NCBI RefSeq assembly: GCF_902713615.1
Contig: NC_052157.1
Coordinates: forward strand, 56,881,790-56,945,789
Length of the DNA: 64,000 nucleotides
From: Scyliorhinus canicula
Lineage: Eukaryota
Reading direction: 5' to 3'
The translations under genes and the position numbers were made by a program. Shown here piece after piece: positions 1-10,537 of the stretch. The notes under the pieces are model-generated. The model saw only the letters and a list, made by a program, of their open reading frames with translations, did not search any database and was not told the DNA's origin. Within the stretch, counting starts at the first letter, position 1. Every line of letters starts with the position of its first letter.

Positions 1-250
1 TCCCCTTTATCCCCGTAAGCCAGTAACCCCACTTAACCTTTCCTGGACACTGAGGGAAATTTAGAATAGCCAATCCACCTGATCTGCACGTCTTTGGACT
101 GTGGGAGAAAACCGCAGCACCCGGAGGAAACCCACGCACACACGGGGAGGATGTGCAGACTTCGCACAGACAGTGACCCAAGCCAGGAATCGAACTGGGA
201 CCCTGGAGCTGTGAAGCAACCGTGATAACCACTGTGCTACCATGCTGCCC
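1..250 (-). mobile_element. HE1-type shark SINE
   Basis: Reverse complement begins gggcagcatggtagcacagtggtt..., with B-box-like gttcgattcc and the core gggtttcctccgggtgct. Confidence 0.9.
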
Positions 251-254
251 TAAC

Positions 255-1075
255 CTCTACCTTCCCCTCACATACCAACCTGCTGTTTTGGTACCCTTTA
301 ACCATTATACCTCTTGTAGCTTTACTGTTCCCTTCCACCCCACTTGCTAGTTGAAAGTCCTATTTATCCTTTCCACTAGAACACTGGTCCCAGATCAGTT
401 CAGGTGGAGACTGTCCCAATGGTGCAGATCACTCCTGTCCCAATGCTGATGCCAATGCCCCATGGAATGGAACCCCTCCTCCCCTCCTTCCCTCACCATT
501 CCTTTAGCCACGTGTTTACTTCCTTAATTTTCTCATCCCTATGCCAATTTGCAAAGGTCTTGGGTAGTGATCCACAGATTATAACCCGTGAAGACCTGTT
601 CTTTAATTTTGTTCCTAGTTCCTGATAATCCCCAAACAGGTCTTCTTTCATAGCCTTGCCTATATTGTTTGTCCCAACATGGACCACAATAACTGGATCC
701 TCAAGCCGGTTCAAGCCAGTTGGAGATGTTTGTCACCCTGGTTCCGGGCAGGCAGCATGTCACGCGGCACTCTGGGTCCTGTTTGCAAAGGATGCTATCA
801 GTTCCCCTAATTATATAATTCCCTCAACTATTATCTTTTTGCACCTCCACCGTCTCCGCTGCTTGAATGGCCACCCCTACCATGGTACAATGGTCGGCTC
901 GCTCATCCTCCCTACAGTCCTTTTCCTCACCTACAAAGGGAGCAAGGTCCTCATACATGTTGGACAAGGTCAAGAGCTGAGGCTCTTCCATTTCTGAATT
1001 TAGGATCCCTCCATCTGCCTCACTCACAGTCACACTCTACTGTTAACACACTGCTGTCCCTGACCACTGGCTGAA
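255..1075 (-). mobile_element. CR1 LINE ORF1 fragment (SGNH esterase-like), degenerate
   Basis: Minus-strand VIVVHVGTNNIGK...LGTKLKNRSSRVIICGSLP...VNTWLKEW; homologue at ~57935-58755. Confidence 0.8.
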
Positions 1076-1479
1076 TTTGAGGTACTTAATTGGCAGGATG
1101 CGAACACCTGACTGTTTCAGCCCTCCCTCCTCCTCCCCTTAACACATCATCCCACTAATTGGGATCTGACCATCTGACTAAGGTTAAGCACAATATCTCT
1201 CATTATCTACTCCCCAGGAGACCTTCTTTCTGTCAAGAAAGTTCCATTAGCTGTACTTCAGCAAACAATATCCACGGCTGGAATGAATTATGATCTGACT
1301 TTTATGGTGCTTTAATTGCACCTCTGTAGCCCCAAACTCTAGCTGCCTTTCAACCCAGGATTCTTTTAAAACTATTACTGCAGCAGTCAGATACACACCC
1401 GATCTCAGACTTTTAACCATTAATGTCCCAGCTGCGTACGATATAATCTATGTGAAATTCCTACATTCATCAAAGCACA

Positions 1480-2030
1480 TCTTCCACATGTCTTGTGGGA
1501 TTTTGGGATTCAAGTGCGGGCATCAACAGTTGGAGTTGTCCCGAGGGCCTGTAACCATCATCAGCCTGCAAGGATCCCTTCATACTTATGTCCATCCTTG
1601 AGAAGCTCTTCGACGCTACACGATTTGGACCTGTCTAGCAGATCTTCTTGGACACTTCCAGGGGAGTGGATGCGATCACCAACTCAACAATTCTGTCTGC
1701 TCGCTCTGCGTTTGAAAATTCACAGTATGCACTCTTTTCTCTGCACCTGTTGACAACGTGGTCTACAGATTATATAGGCTGCTGGCGAAATAACAGGAAA
1801 TCTGACCAATAAATACAGAATTTTAACTTGAATTTGATTCAGTCTTCCAATGTCGCCCATGCCTTTTGGGGATGGTTTCACTCTTCTGCTGTTATTCCCC
1901 ATGTTTCAGTCTGTGTCGACCTTCGTTCCCAATTGCTGGATGAGCTTTAGTGGCTTGCCCGTCTGGTTCAGACACACCTGAATCAAGAAACCACAATGTC
2001 TAAACATTTTGAATCAGGATGTTGCACCTC
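1480..2030 (-). pseudogene. Gypsy-type gag relic
   Basis: With stops and frameshifts: AIGNEGRHRL..WGITAEE...FRQQP..SVDHVVNRCREKSAYCEFS..RADRIVELVIASTP; duplicated at ~59160-59710. Confidence 0.6.
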
Positions 2031-2440
2031 AAACTTGGGTCTGACTCGCATTACGGAAACTCTAAAATTAGCGTACAAACTTGGGTCTGACTCGCATTAC
2101 GGAAACTCTAAAATTAGCGTACAACCATCCCCTTTATTATATCTTTCCAGATGACCCCAAAAGTATAAAAACACCGCTATATAGGGTATCAGAAGCTCTG
2201 TCGCACACAGTATCAAATACCGTCCTACACAAGGCACCAAAAACTCACGGCTTGGACGTAAATACCACCCGTTAAGAGGCAATGTGATCTGACTCCCTCT
2301 TGGTGGATCCCAATGTCCTCTCTGAGTCCTGGACCTAGGGTCTGGCTTCTTAAGATGGTCATTCCTGCAGTTTATCATTCCAGAACGTCCGTTGTCTCTC
2401 CTTCTTTTACGGATCTTTCTCACGCTTCCAGTTGAGATTA

Positions 2441-2790
2441 ATGTAGGAATTTCAGAGATATTGTTTTATAGGTATTTGGTGCAGTAAGGGTTACAAACCT
2501 GGGTTAATATGTGGGTGTGTGACTGCTGCGGTAGTGTTTATAAAGAATCCGTGTTTGAAAGGATTGGGAGTCAGAAGTGCAATTAAGCCATCATAAAGTT
2601 TGGGCTAATGGGGTTTTGATTGGATTAAGGGGGGTTCCCTGAGGAGATGGTAGGATACAGCTTGATAAGATGATGTAATTAATGGGAGGAGCTAAGATAT
2701 CAGGCATTTTGCAGAAAAGCAGTTTTAGTTGAGTTTTAGATTGGGATGTGAGCAGGAATCAAACACAGGAAGTAGTTGAGGTAAAAACGT
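2441..2790. mobile_element. LTR-like sequence; a diverged inverted copy lies at ~1100-1475
   Basis: Starts tgtaggaatttca; the reverse complement of 1300-1475 shares tgtaggaatttca, tgactgctgc.gta, aaagaatcc and cag.agtgcaatta. Confidence 0.5.
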
Positions 2791-3341
2791 TGTGCGATTT
2801 CAAGCAGGAGTTAGATATAGCTCTAGGGGCTAAACGGAACAAGAGATATGGGGGGAAGGCGGGATCAGGATATTGAACTTGATGATCAGCCATGATCATA
2901 ATGAATGGTGGAGCAGGCTTGAAGGGCCGAGTGGCCTCCTCCTACTTCTATTTCTAATGTATGTTTCTATGTAAGGATGCTGCGGGGACTTTAGGAGAGG
3001 ATGCGGAAGTGGAGTTGAGGCAGAGGGTCGGCCCTGATGGTATTGGATGGGGGAAGATGTATGGAGGGGGCGAATGGCCTCCTCCAGCTTTTTGTTTGTT
3101 CACGTCCATTTCACCGGAAGTGGGCATCGCTGGGCCAGGAAAGCATTTATTTCACATCCCCAATTGTCCGTTGAAGGGAGTGATTCTCTGGGCCATTTCA
3201 GGGGGGGAAGTTGAGTCGACCTCATTACCATGTGGGTATGGAATCAAGTATAGGCTAGACCAGGGTAAGGATGGCAATTTCCTTCTCCTAAAGAGACGTG
3301 AGTGTACCAAATGTGTCTTTATGACAATCCATGATGGTTTT

Positions 3342-3682
3342 GGGCAGCACGGTAGCATGGTGGTTAGCATAAATGCTTCACAGCTCCAGGGTCCCAGGTT
3401 CGATTTCCGGCTGGGTCACTGTCTGTGCGGAGTCTGCACGTCCTCCCCGTGTGTGCGTGGGTTTCCTCCGGGTGCTCCGGTTTCCTCCCACAGTCCAAAG
3501 TGCAGATTAGGTGGATTGGCCATGATAAATTGCCCTTAGTGTCCTAATAGTAAGGTTAAGGGGGGGAGTTGTTGGGTTGCGGGTATAGGGTGGATACGTG
3601 GGTTTGAGTAGGGTGATCATTGCTCGGCACAACATCGAGGGCCGAAGGGCCTGTTCTTTGCTGTACTGTTCTATGTTCTATG
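3342..3682 (+). mobile_element. HE1-type SINE
   Basis: gggcagcacggtagcatggtggttagc head, conserved core, (ttctatg)n tail; copy B at ~61026-61366. Confidence 0.9.
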
Positions 3683-3834
3683 TTGTCACAGTCGCCTTGA
3701 CAGTCCCGGGTTTCATGTATCGAACTTTAAGTTCCTCAGCTCCATGTTCCACATGCTGTTATGTAACTGGACGTCTTTGCCAAAGGCAATCCCTCAACCA
3801 GACCACTAACCGCCACCGGCTCTCCCTTCCACAG

Positions 3835-4137
3835 AACCTCTGGTCCTTACTCCTCCTCCCAATTGCTCGTGTGATGCTCCGCAGCGACGTTATGTTTCCT
3901 GTGGGACTCGGGTTCCAGTTGGGGATGTCGCCCGGATCGACTGGCTGAGAAACGGCGAGGAGGTGAGGCGGGAGAACCGGACGCAGTTGGTCAAACCTGC
4001 CGGCGATGGTTCCGCGAGATTGGAGAGCCAGGTTCCATTACCCGTGCCCAGCCCAGGCACTGAGGTGAATTACACATGTATGTTGACCCACACCTCCGGC
4101 GGCATCATCGACTGGAGGCAGTACATAGCAGTGAGCG
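3835..4137 (+). CDS. Ig-superfamily C1-type domain exon (copy A)
   Basis: Acceptor ctctcccttccacag|AA, donor G|gtaagt, 303 nt, phase 1-1, no stops: (E)PLVLTPPPNCSCDAPQRRYVSCGTRVPVGDVARIDWLRNGEEVRRENRTQLVKPAGDGSARLESQVPLPVPSPGTEVNYTCMLTHTSGGIIDWRQYIAVS. Cys-x13-Trp, 58 aa between canonical Cys, DG..S..L and YTC..H C1 hallmarks. Confidence 0.9.
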
Positions 4138-4394
4138 GTAAGTGTCCTGTTCTCCAATCCCTCCCCGGTGGGCTCACTGGTGCGATTAGCGTCCTGCCAG
4201 CTGTGGCTCATTGGCTCTTACGCTTTCTCTTTCCCTTCTGGGTCACCAATTTAAGACCACTCCCAAAATTGAAACCCCATAAGCACAGGCTGAAACTCCC
4301 AGTGCCAGCCCAAAGAAGCGCTGCACTGTCGTGGGCCAGTGTGAAGGGAGCATTATCGGAGGCTCAGTAATGAGGGAGCACCGTACTGTCAAAG

Positions 4395-4710
4395 AGGGTA
4401 CTGAGGGAGTGCTGCACTGTCAGAGGGTCAGTACTGAGGGAGTGCTGCACTGTCAGAGGGTCAATTTTGAGGGAGTGCTGCACTGTTGGAGGGTCAGTAC
4501 TGAGGGAGTGTTGCACTTTCAGAGGGTCAGTACTGAGGGAGTGCTGCACTGTCAGAGGGTCAATTTTGAGGGAGTGCTGCACTGTTGGAGGGTCAGTACT
4601 GAGGGAGTGTTGCACTTTCAGAGGGTCAGTACTGAGGGAGTGTTGCACTTTCAGAGGGTCAGTACTGAGGGAGTGCTGCACTGTCAGAGGGTCAATACTG
4701 AGGGAGTGTG
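4395..4710 (+). repeat. 33-bp tandem repeat in the C1-TM intron
   Basis: Unit gtactgagggagtgctgcactgtcagagggtca; copy B (~62087-62303) is exactly 99 bp (3 units) shorter. Confidence 0.95.
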
Positions 4711-4933
4711 TATACCTGTGCCTGCCTATGTAATCATTGTACGTGGGAACCACTTTCATCTCTCCTCTCTGGGTTCGCGATGCAGGATTTTTTTCTAACC
4801 AACCCTCACAAGCGGTGGATTGGGATTTAGACAAGGGAGATGATTGGATCGTGTGACAGAGATTTACAGATGTCAGAAAATTATGATTAATCACACTGAG
4901 CATTATAATCTCCTAATATCTCTCTCGTTTCAG

Positions 4934-5049
4934 AATCCCCCGGACACCCCGTGCTCTTGTATGTTCTATTGATCGTAAATTCAACCATAATTCTGCTGTT
5001 GGTTATGGCCGTTGGTCTGAAAAAACCTTCCGTGTGCAGCCGCTGCTAA
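4934..5049 (+). CDS. Transmembrane plus short cytoplasmic tail exon (copy A), terminal coding exon
   Basis: Acceptor tctctcgtttcag|AA in phase 1, matching the C1 exon donor; (E)SPGHPVLLYVLLIVNSTIILLLVMAVGLKKPSVCSRC*; ~23-aa hydrophobic run followed by KK. Confidence 0.85.
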
Positions 5050-5666
5050 GCTCACTGATGTCTATCCACTCTCTCTCGCTATCTCTCTCTGTCTCCCCAT
5101 CCATGAAGTCACTGCATGTACAAGACCCTGGCTGCTGAAATCAGCAACCCCCCTTCAAACCTCCAACCGCCTACCCTTCAATGTGAGCTCGGTCCATCAC
5201 CCCCCACCTCCCGCCCACCTTCCACCTCAAGCTTCTGGACTCTTCACCTCGGAATCAACAATTGGGCGACAATTTCGGAGTTGGGAGTCAGCATCGGGAG
5301 GTGGACCCATCATTCTCGAAACTCTGCCTTGCGTAATGTTAAGCACAATCCTGGGACTGTTCAAAATTAAATTAATCTTACTCCATCAGCTTAGGGAGTT
5401 TTACGGCTTTGAAGAACAGGAAATATATCCTGAACCCATGTGAGTTGAACGAATTTCCAAATTTGACCTTATTTACCAGCTTGCTTTGCAAGACCAGGTG
5501 TTGAAATGTGAAAAAACAATCTACTTAAAGCTGCAGACTGCTTCCTCGCAGATGAACAAGAACCATTGGACTGCGAAAGGGAAAGAAAATGCACTTGAAT
5601 CCCACAGTCACAAAAAGCGTGTTAAACTCAACATTTGGCCAATGTTTCATGTGGTGTTCAATGGTT

Positions 5667-5672
5667 AATAAA
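5667..5672 (+). terminator. Candidate polyadenylation signal of the IgSF gene (copy A)
   Basis: AATAAA ~620 nt after the stop codon, followed by a GT-rich tract (tttgaatgtgttggtctgtt). Confidence 0.5.
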
Positions 5673-6034
5673 TCACCGTTTGAATGTGTTGGTCTGTTCG
5701 CTGATCCACGTTCACTGTGCTCAATTCATCACATCTACAAACAGAACTCGAGAGCGCAAGGAACTGACGGCAGAGGATGTTCCGGATTCTGGGCGGAGAG
5801 CATTTGTTCATAAATCCTCTAATTCCTGAGATATTTTAGAGGACCATTTAATAAGCCTATTGTAGATCTAGAAACAGCATCACCTCTGCAGTGCTGGGAG
5901 ATAAATCGGAACTCTGCAGCCTTGTGATTGTCTGATCCTGCTTGCAGCACACCCTTGCCCATGGCTTTCCCGGGAACGTGTGGCGGTTTCAATGGAAAAT
6001 GTTGAGTGTGTAGCATTCTGAAGGTTTGGTACAA

Positions 6035-6600
6035 TAGAGGAACATAGAACATAGAACGATACAGCGCAGTACAGGCCCTTCGGCCCACGATGTTGCACCG
6101 ACATGGGAAGTCAAAAACTAAAGGTCATCTAACCTACACTATGCCATTATCATCCATATGCTTATCCAATAAACTTTTAAATGCCCTCAATGTTGGCGAG
6201 TTCACTACTGTTGCAGGTAGGGCATTCCACGGCCTCACCACTCTTTGCGTAAAAAACCTACCTCTGACGTCTGTCCTATATCTATTACCCCTCAATTTAA
6301 GGCTATGTCCCCTCGTGCTAGCCACCTCCATCCGTGGGAGAAGGCTCTCACTGTCCACCCTATCTAACCCTCTGATCATTTTGTATGCCTCTATTAAGTC
6401 ACCTCTTAACCTTCTTCTCTCTAACGAAAACAACCTCAAGTCCATCAGCCTTTCCTCTTAAGATTTTCCCTCCATACCAGGCAACATCCTGGTAAATCTC
6501 CTCTGCACCCGTTCCAAAGCTTCCACATCCTTCCTATAATGAGGCGACCAGAACTGTACGCAATATTCCAAATGCGGCTGTACCAGAGTTTTGTACAGGA
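6035..6600 (-). mobile_element. CR1 LINE 3' end
   Basis: Minus-strand LFSLERRRLRGDLIEAYKMIRGLDRVD...RFFTQRVV plus (catagaa)n tail. Confidence 0.9.
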
Positions 6601-6659
6601 GACAGCTGTGTAATGGTGAGGCCACTGGGTTAATAATCTCGTACCTGCACCCTAATGCT

Positions 6660-6793
6660 CCTGGATACTGCCGATGCTGGAAATCTGAAAGAAAGACAGA
6701 AAAGGTTGGAAAACAAAGTCAGCAGGTCTGGCAGCATCTGTGGAGAGAGAAACAGAGTTAATGCTTCGATTCACTGTGACTCTTCTTCAGAGA
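6660..6793 (-). mobile_element. Penelope-type terminal repeat fragment with hammerhead-like core
   Basis: Same family as 27057-27261; minus strand reads CTGAAGA-agagtcacagtgaatc-GAAGC. Confidence 0.55.
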
Positions 6794-6794
6794 T

Positions 6795-8400
6795 GAACAA
6801 AGAACAAAGGAAAGTACTGCACAGGAACAAGCCCTTCGGCCCTCCAAGCCAGCGCCGACCATGCTGCCTGTCGAAACTAAAATATTCTACACTTCCAGGG
6901 TCCGTATCCCTCTATTCCCACTCTATTCATGTATTTGTCAAGGTGCCCCTTAAATGTCACTATCATCCCTGCTTCCACCGTCTCCTCCGGCAACGAGTTC
7001 CAGGCGCCCACTACCCTCTGTGTAAAAAACTTGCCTCGTACATCTCCTCTAAACCTTGCCCCTCGCACCTTAAACATATGCCCCCTAGTAATTGACCCCT
7101 CTACCCTGGGAAAAAGTCTCTGACTATCCACCCTGTCTATGCCCCTCATAATTTTGTAGACCTCTATCAGGTTGCCCCTCAACCTCCACCATTCCAGTGA
7201 GAAGAAACCGAGCTTATTCAACCGCTCCTCATAGCTAATGCCCTCCATATCAGGCAACATCCTGGTAAATCTCTTCTGCACGCTCTCTAAAGCCTCCACA
7301 TCCTCTGGTCGTACGGCGACCAGAATTGAACACTGTACTCCAAGTGTGGCCGAACTAAGGTTCTATACAGCTGCAACATGACTTGCCAATTCTTATACTC
7401 AATGCCCCGACCAATGAAGGCAAGCATGCCGTATGCCTTCTTGACTACCTTCTCCGCCTGTATTGCCCCTTTCAGTGACCTGTATACCTGTACATCTAGA
7501 TCTCTCTGACTGTCAATACTCTTGAGGGTCCTACCATTCATTGTATATTCCCTACCTGTATTAGACCTTCCAAAATGCATTACCTCACATTTGTCCGGAT
7601 TAAACTCCATCTGTCATCTCTCCCCCCAAGTCTCCAGATGATCTAAATCCTTCTGTATCCTCTGACAGTCCTCATCGCTATCCACAATTCCACCAACTTT
7701 TGTGTCGTCTGCAAACTTACTAATCAGACCAGTTACATTTTCCTCCAAATCATTTATATATGCTACGAACAGCAATGGTGCCAGCACTGATCCCTGCGGA
7801 ACACCACTATTCACAGCCCTCCAATCAGAAAAGCACCCTTCCATTGCTACTCTCTGCCTTCTATGACCTAGCCAGCTCCGTATCCATCTTGCCAGCTCAC
7901 CTCTGATCCTGTGTGACTTCACCTTTTGTATCAGTCTGCCATGAGGGACCTTGTCAAAGGCCTTACTGAAGTCCACATAGACAACATCCACTGCCCTACC
8001 TGCATCAATCATTTTTGTGACCGCCTCGAAAAACTCTATCAAGTTAGTGAGACACGACCTGCCCTTCACAAAACCATGCTGCCTCTCGCTAATACATCCA
8101 CTTGCTTCCAAATGGGAGTAGATCCTGTCTCGAAGAATTCTCTCCAGTAATTTCCCTCCCACTGACATAAGGCTCATCGGTCCGTAGTTCCATGGATTAT
8201 CCTTGCTACACTTCTTAATCAAAGGAAAAACATTGGCTATTCTCCAGTCCTCCGGGACATCACCTGAAGGCAGTGAGGATCCAAAGATTTCTACCAAGGC
8301 CTCAGCAATTTACTCTCTTGCCTCCTTCAGTATTCTGGGCTAGATCCCATCAGGCCCTGGGGACTTAACTACCTTAATATTTTTCAAGACGCCAACACCT
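6795..8400 (-). mobile_element. CR1 LINE, reverse transcriptase to 3' end, degenerate
   Basis: QHGFVKGRSCLTNL, DFSKAFDKVPH, GVPQGS, KFADD and RPHLEYSVQFWSP motifs. Confidence 0.95.
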
Positions 8401-9710
8401 CATGAAGAGGGGGGAGGGATGTGATGGATTATGTATAAGAGGCAGCGGAGCAACTTGGGCAGAGCCGGAGTTCAGTGAGTGGTGGGAGCTGGGAGAGATA
8501 TATCGATAAGTGACAGATGGCCCGGTGGGGGGAGGGGTGGGATTGTCTTTTTATACTGGGACTAAAAATATTTTGGATATTGAAGAAACCAGTCAAGGTA
8601 GAGCAGAAAGGTCACAGACTAATTGAACCTATCACTGATTGTTGTAAAAACCAATCTGGTTCATTAACACCCTTTAAGGAAGGACATCTGCTGTACTTAC
8701 CCAGTCTGGCCTACATTTTGCTGTGCCATGTGACTGAACAGCAAGCACTGACCACACAAATGGACCTGGGTAAACTCAAACATGGTTTTCTTATTCATGA
8801 AGGTAAAGCAGGGCGTGTACATTCTCAGAGTGCTTGATGTCATGCCTCACAAGAGAGTCTGCACACTGCTGACTACCTATCATGTGATAAACTATATCGT
8901 TTTCGATCTGTTGATGGCATCTGTCATAGCCACACCTATTTCAAGGTTTACCACAAATGGAAAGTCACACCAGACCCACAGCAATTTTGTTGCCGATTAA
9001 CAAATCCCACCTCTGGCGTGCAGCCAGTCACTCAGTGGCAGCAGAAACCACGACAGGACAGGTCAGATCAGGTCCACTGCGGCTGACCAGAACGTATGTT
9101 CACCACCAGGGCAATGAGGGGCAAGGCAGCAAATGCCACCTTCGCCAGCGACGCCAAGCACACATGGAAAATACAAGTCAACGCCTGCCTGCAAGCAGTA
9201 TCGAAGTGAGATTTCGACCAATGGTTGGCAAGCCAGCGAATGGTGGAGGTAGGCATTCTGAACGTTGGCCAACGAACAGGCATCTAGGTGTCCGAAGGGA
9301 AGGGTTATGGGTGAGGCGAGGGGTAGGCATTGCAGAGGCTCGATCAATCGAGGGTGGAATATATGGGTGGAAGCTCTGGAGGTTGGTCGGGGGTCCATTG
9401 GAGGAATTACCCAGCGGATGGCATTTTACTGGGCAGCATGGTCACGTCAACGTGATGTCCTGTTTGCTATTGAGGGAAACAAAGGTAGAAAAAGTGATTC
9501 GCGAAGGAACCTCCTGGGTATTCTTAAGGAGAGACATGTTGGCTGAAATCAGCAGATCGTCTATGAGCATAAAGGCAAAACATCTCGGAGACTGGAATCT
9601 GAGATCAAAAGATCCAAAGTGCTGGACACACCTTGCAGGTCTGCGAGTGTTGGTGGAGAGGGAAAGAGGGGGGGAGGAATTTTCACCCCACCCCCACGCA
9701 TCGTACTTAC

Positions 9711-9790
9711 CGGCGGACAAGGTGGCTCGCTTATCATAGTCAGTGGGAACTAGCTGACGTCTTCGCCATTTTGGGTGGATCGTTTCGCCT
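9711..9790 (-). promoter_or_regulatory. Candidate promoter / non-coding first exon
   Basis: Minus strand: AAAATGGCG (YY1-like, 9764-9772), TGACGTC (CRE-like, 9755-9761), and a consensus donor GCCG|GTAAGT at 9711/9710 in CpG-rich sequence. Confidence 0.45.
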
Positions 9791-10194
9791 CACAGTATGG
9801 AGGGTGGGGGTGTAACGCCTTCGGAGGGATCGGAAGACCCTGCACTGGTGGGATGGGCCGGAACATTCTCTCCCAGAGTTCACGTTTCGAGTCCCATGTG
9901 GTTTTTCCAGACTGTCACATTCCACCCCGGACGTACACTCTGTTTTTACTCCCTCTCACTGCCACATCTGCTGAACTCGTCCAGAATTAATTTTGGGTCA
10001 TGCTTTAACCGTTATCTGTGCGTGTTTTAACCTTCAAATAGCTATTATTGCTTCTCTTGCAGTGTTAGTAGAGCTAACTTTAGACCATGTCATTGCAGTG
10101 TTTTTGGAATCTAATTTGACATTCCCAATAAAATCTCACAGGGGGAACTTGTGTGTGTGTCTTACGTAATATCTCCTGAATCTCGGGGAATGGA

Positions 10195-10537
10195 ATCATA
10201 GAAAACCTGCAGTGCAGAGGGAGGCCATTTGGCCCATCGAGTCTGCACCAACCCTCTGAAGGAGCATCCTAACCACTCCCACTCCCCCACTGTATTCCCG
10301 TAACCCCACCTAACCTGCACAGCTTTGGGAACTCAGGGGCAATATAGCACAGCCAATTCACCTAACCTCCACCTCTTTGGGCTGTGGGAGGAAACTGGAG
10401 CACCCGGAGGAAACCCACGCACACACAAGGAGAAAGTGCAAACTCTACACAGAGAGTCACCCGAGGTCGGAATTGAACCCGGGTCCCCGGCGGCGTGAGA
10501 AAACAGTGCTAACCATTGTGCTAGCGTGCTGCCCAAG
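10195..10537 (-). mobile_element. HE1-type SINE
   Basis: Conserved core ggaggaaactggagcacccggaggaaacccacgca on the plus strand; a partial copy follows at ~10660-10840. Confidence 0.85.

Larger units (their letters stand above)
1..6401 (+). repeat. Segmental/tandem duplication, copy A (runs off the left edge)
   Basis: Colinear and nearly identical to 57681-64000 by direct comparison; position 1 matches 57681 and 6401 matches 64000; differences are scattered substitutions and small indels. Confidence 0.97.

Noticed and set aside
1368-1400. TAT TAC TGC (YYC) suggesting a V-domain end
   Set aside because: Preceded by an in-frame TAA and located in the LTR-like repeat
2031-2122. 46-bp direct repeat as a CRISPR-like array
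   Set aside because: Two adjacent copies with no spacer in a vertebrate genome; simple tandem duplication
2151-2430. Acceptor-like atctttccag followed by an open frame as a possible V exon
   Set aside because: No Cys/Trp V motifs, early stop, and a 1-bp indel between the two copies
4331-4903. ORFs with repeated EGVLHCQRVST / HSLSTDPL motifs
   Set aside because: Translations of the 33-bp satellite in an intron
8850-9060. Frame ending QFCCRLTNPTSG, like an Ig C2 F-G strand
   Set aside because: Cys-Trp-Cys spacing is far too short for an Ig fold, and there are no flanking splice sites in phase
9703-9730. TACTTACCGGCGG resembling the U1 snRNA 5' end
   Set aside because: Similarity stops after ~9 nt; it is the complement of a minus-strand splice donor
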